NCBI GenBank assembly: GCA_007117865.1
Contig: SKFT01000110.1
Coordinates: forward strand, 1,004 to 65,003
Reading direction: 5' to 3'
DNA: 64,000 bases
From: Puniceicoccaceae bacterium
GTDB lineage: Bacteria; Verrucomicrobiota; Verrucomicrobiia; Opitutales; Coraliomargaritaceae
The notes under the pieces were generated by a model. The model was not told the origin of the DNA and ran no database searches. It saw only the letters and a program-made list of their open reading frames with translations. This document shows positions 61,930 to 64,000 of this stretch, one piece after another. A program made the translations under genes and the position numbers. Numbering within the stretch: position 1 is the first letter of the stretch; each line of letters begins with the position of its first letter.

Positions 61930-62690
61930 GCTTTAGCCTCCAAAATAAGTGATGAGAGCCCCAGCAGCAGCAGGGCAGTACTCAGATAATAAACAAAGGG
62001 ACGGCTATCAATTACCCCGCGGGCGAAGTCATCCAAATGCTGAAAAAGCTGCAAATAGCTGGCCGCACCATGCAACCACTGCGCCCATTCGCCCTCCAAC
62101 CGTGCCAATCCACCCAGCTGCTGCCCACCTACTACGATTAGAAACAGTGCGGTAAAAGTAATCATGCCTGCGACCAACTGGGAACGCGTTAGACTGCTGG
62201 AAAAAATGCCAACAGAGATAAACAGCATTCCGCTGGCGGCCACAAATAGGAAGCCGCCCCAGTGCGTTGCCGGGTTAAGCAGGCTGCCATCGGGCATAGC
62301 GTGAGGGAATAACTTATCGGTAATAAAAGGAAACCACAACGTGGCTAGCCAGAGCATCAGGTAAAAAAGATAAGCCGCACCAAATTTGCTGGCAACAATG
62401 GAGAAGCGTGATGCTGGGGTGGTCAATAGCGTGTCAAGTGTGCCATTGGCTCTCTCCCCGGCAATGCTGCGCATAGTCAGCAACGGTACCACAAAAAATA
62501 CCGGAATCCAGAAAATGCTAAAAAACTGTACTGATGGCAAAACGTCCTCCGGTTTTTCCACCATCGCACGGAGGATTGCCCAGTAGAGAAATCCCATTAA
62601 AATAAAAAACATCACGGCAGCCACATAGGTAGCCGGTGTGATTAACAGCATTCTTAGTTCGTGACGAAAGAGGACAATAAAATGGCGCAT
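61926..62690 (-). CDS. ABC-2 type transporter permease (GldF-like)
   Basis: MRHFIVLFRHELRMLLITPATYV... with 6 TM segments. The start is trimmed to ATG at 62690, 7 nt after the ATPase stop. Confidence 0.75.
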   Translation of the reverse strand: MRHFIVLFRHELRMLLITPATYVAAVMFFILMGFLYWAILRAMVEKPEDVLPSVQFFSIFWIPVFFVVPLLTMRSIAGERANGTLDTLLTTPASRFSIVASKFGAAYLFYLMLWLATLWFPFITDKLFPHAMPDGSLLNPATHWGGFLFVAASGMLFISVGIFSSSLTRSQLVAGMITFTALFLIVVGGQQLGGLARLEGEWAQWLHGAASYLQLFQHLDDFARGVIDSRPFVYYLSTALLLLGLSSLILEAKA

Positions 62691-62697
62691 AAAAATC

Positions 62698-63714
62698 TTA
62701 GTTATTGGCAGCCGCCGCAAGCGTCCTTTGCGGACGGTGCGTTTCTTCCCATGAACGTTTGGTGGCAGCCAAAAAGATCGACTCCAAGGTGGGCTCAACC
62801 TTGTGACAGGCGCGCACAACCATTGCCGGCTGGCGTGTTAACCAAAGCAACAGTTCGTTGCCTGAGGGACCGTTGTTGTGGGAGCTTTCGAGCTCATAGG
62901 TGATAAAGCCCTCGTCATCGGCACTGCTGGTTTCAGCAACCACCAAACCCTTGCCAGCGGCGGTTAGCAGGGCGTCCAAATCAGCAGCCGGATCAGTAAA
63001 TTTCAACTCAACCCGGAAATGCACCCCGGGCAGGAATTCCTGCTGCAGTTCGCTGCGGGTGCCAGTTGCCACCAGGTGACCGCGATTAATAATGATGACG
63101 CGGTCGCAACTGCGCTCAATTTCGGGCAGGATATGGCTGGAAAGAATCACCGTATGGCGTCCGCGTAGCCCATCAATCAAGCGTCGAATGCCCTGAATCT
63201 GGTGCGGATCCAGTCCTATTGTCGGCTCATCCATGATAATCACTTCCGGTGAGCCAAGCAGCGCATCGGCTATCCCCACGCGTTGACGAAAGCCTTTGGA
63301 AAGTGTGCCGATGACCTTGCGGCGGGCAGTTTTTGCCAAATCGCAAATCTCCATTACCTCATCCACGTTTGATCGTACCCTGGGCCCAGGCACCTCCTTA
63401 ATCCGGGCGCGGAAACGCAAGTATTCCGCCACCCGCATGTCCAGCGGCAGTGGATTGTTTTCCGGCATATAGCCGATCTTGCGCTTTACCCCCTGTGGAT
63501 CCGCCGCCACTGGTATCCCGGCAACCCACGCTTGACCAGAGGTCGCCGTCATCAACCCGCACAAAATGCGCATGGTAGTGCTTTTGCCGGCACCATTGGG
63601 ACCCAAAAAGCCTACGATTTCCCCGCGCCTAACCGAAAATGAAATGCCGTTAACGGCGATCACTGGACCAAAGTGGCGAGTTAGTTGACTGACTTGGATG
63701 CTGAGTTCGGACAT
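62698..63714 (-). CDS. ABC transporter ATP-binding protein (GldA/CcmA-like)
   Basis: Walker A GPNGAGKST, signature LSKGFRQR, Walker B IIMDEPTIGLD, H-loop SSHIL. Confidence 0.9.
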   Translation of the reverse strand: MSELSIQVSQLTRHFGPVIAVNGISFSVRRGEIVGFLGPNGAGKSTTMRILCGLMTATSGQAWVAGIPVAADPQGVKRKIGYMPENNPLPLDMRVAEYLRFRARIKEVPGPRVRSNVDEVMEICDLAKTARRKVIGTLSKGFRQRVGIADALLGSPEVIIMDEPTIGLDPHQIQGIRRLIDGLRGRHTVILSSHILPEIERSCDRVIIINRGHLVATGTRSELQQEFLPGVHFRVELKFTDPAADLDALLTAAGKGLVVAETSSADDEGFITYELESSHNNGPSGNELLLWLTRQPAMVVRACHKVEPTLESIFLAATKRSWEETHRPQRTLAAAANN

Positions 63715-63806
63715 GAATAAAGATTACTACTTGTTTTTAAAACAACAGACAGTCAACGCGTCAATCAAGTTCCCCGGCATGGGTATTCAAGTGTTCCGAA
63801 AAACTT

Positions 63807-64000
63807 TCAGCGATATTCATCCATTGCCCTGACAGGAAGGCCTTGCTGGCCAAGGTAGGCTTTGGTTTCGGGGATGGTATAGGTGCCGAAGTGAAATATC
63901 GAAGCGGCCAGTACCGCGCTGGCTTTACCCTCATGCAAGACATCAGCCAGATGCTGTAACGTTCCAGCGCCACCACTGGCAATGACAGGCACAGTGACTG
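63807..64000 (-). CDS. hisF: Imidazole glycerol phosphate synthase cyclase subunit HisF, C-terminal part (gene continues past the window end)
   Basis: [46 protein letters not shown]. Confidence 0.85.
   Translation of the reverse strand, partial: VTVPVIASGGAGTLQHLADVLHEGKASAVLAASIFHFGTYTIPETKAYLGQQGLPVRAMDEYR

Overview
This is a dense chromosomal window with about 53 protein genes, one tRNA and short intergenic spacers. I saw no rRNA, CRISPR array, transposase, integrase or phage module. Most genes are housekeeping: uvrC, cinA, rpsT, rsmE, rny, lgt, glgA, ppc, ctaA/ctaB, rhaA and a partial hisF. The gene content includes an exosortase, a kinase-FGE fusion, a GldG/DUF4340 ABC cluster, an AsmA-like giant protein and a possible PPi-type PEPCK. 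Together with mid-range GC, this suggests a PVC-group bacterium, possibly Verrucomicrobiota, but that is a low-confidence inference.

Points worth a second look:
1. A minus-strand operon runs from a 1147-aa PEPCK-like protein (possible PPi-PEPCK) through a translationally coupled orphan 5TMR-LYT histidine kinase to PEP carboxylase.
2. A second PEPCK/HprK-like P-loop gene (DUF4914-like) is interrupted by one in-frame TAG and sits divergent from an AraC regulator. It carries the same SGGGKSE P-loop as the 1147-aa protein.
3. A transmembrane protein has a kinase-like domain with every catalytic motif degenerate, followed by PEGA-like repeats and an extracytoplasmic FGE/SUMF1 domain.
4. A six-gene envelope operon encodes ABC ATPase, ABC-2 permease, GldG, DUF4340, an AsmA-like 940-aa protein and a periplasmic binding protein.
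5. Two families of short intergenic repeats are present: a 94-nt element with terminal inverted repeats and a 42-nt motif in three copies.
6. An exosortase gene is co-oriented with glgA and a TPR protein.

All functional calls come from reading motifs in the supplied translations. No database search was run.
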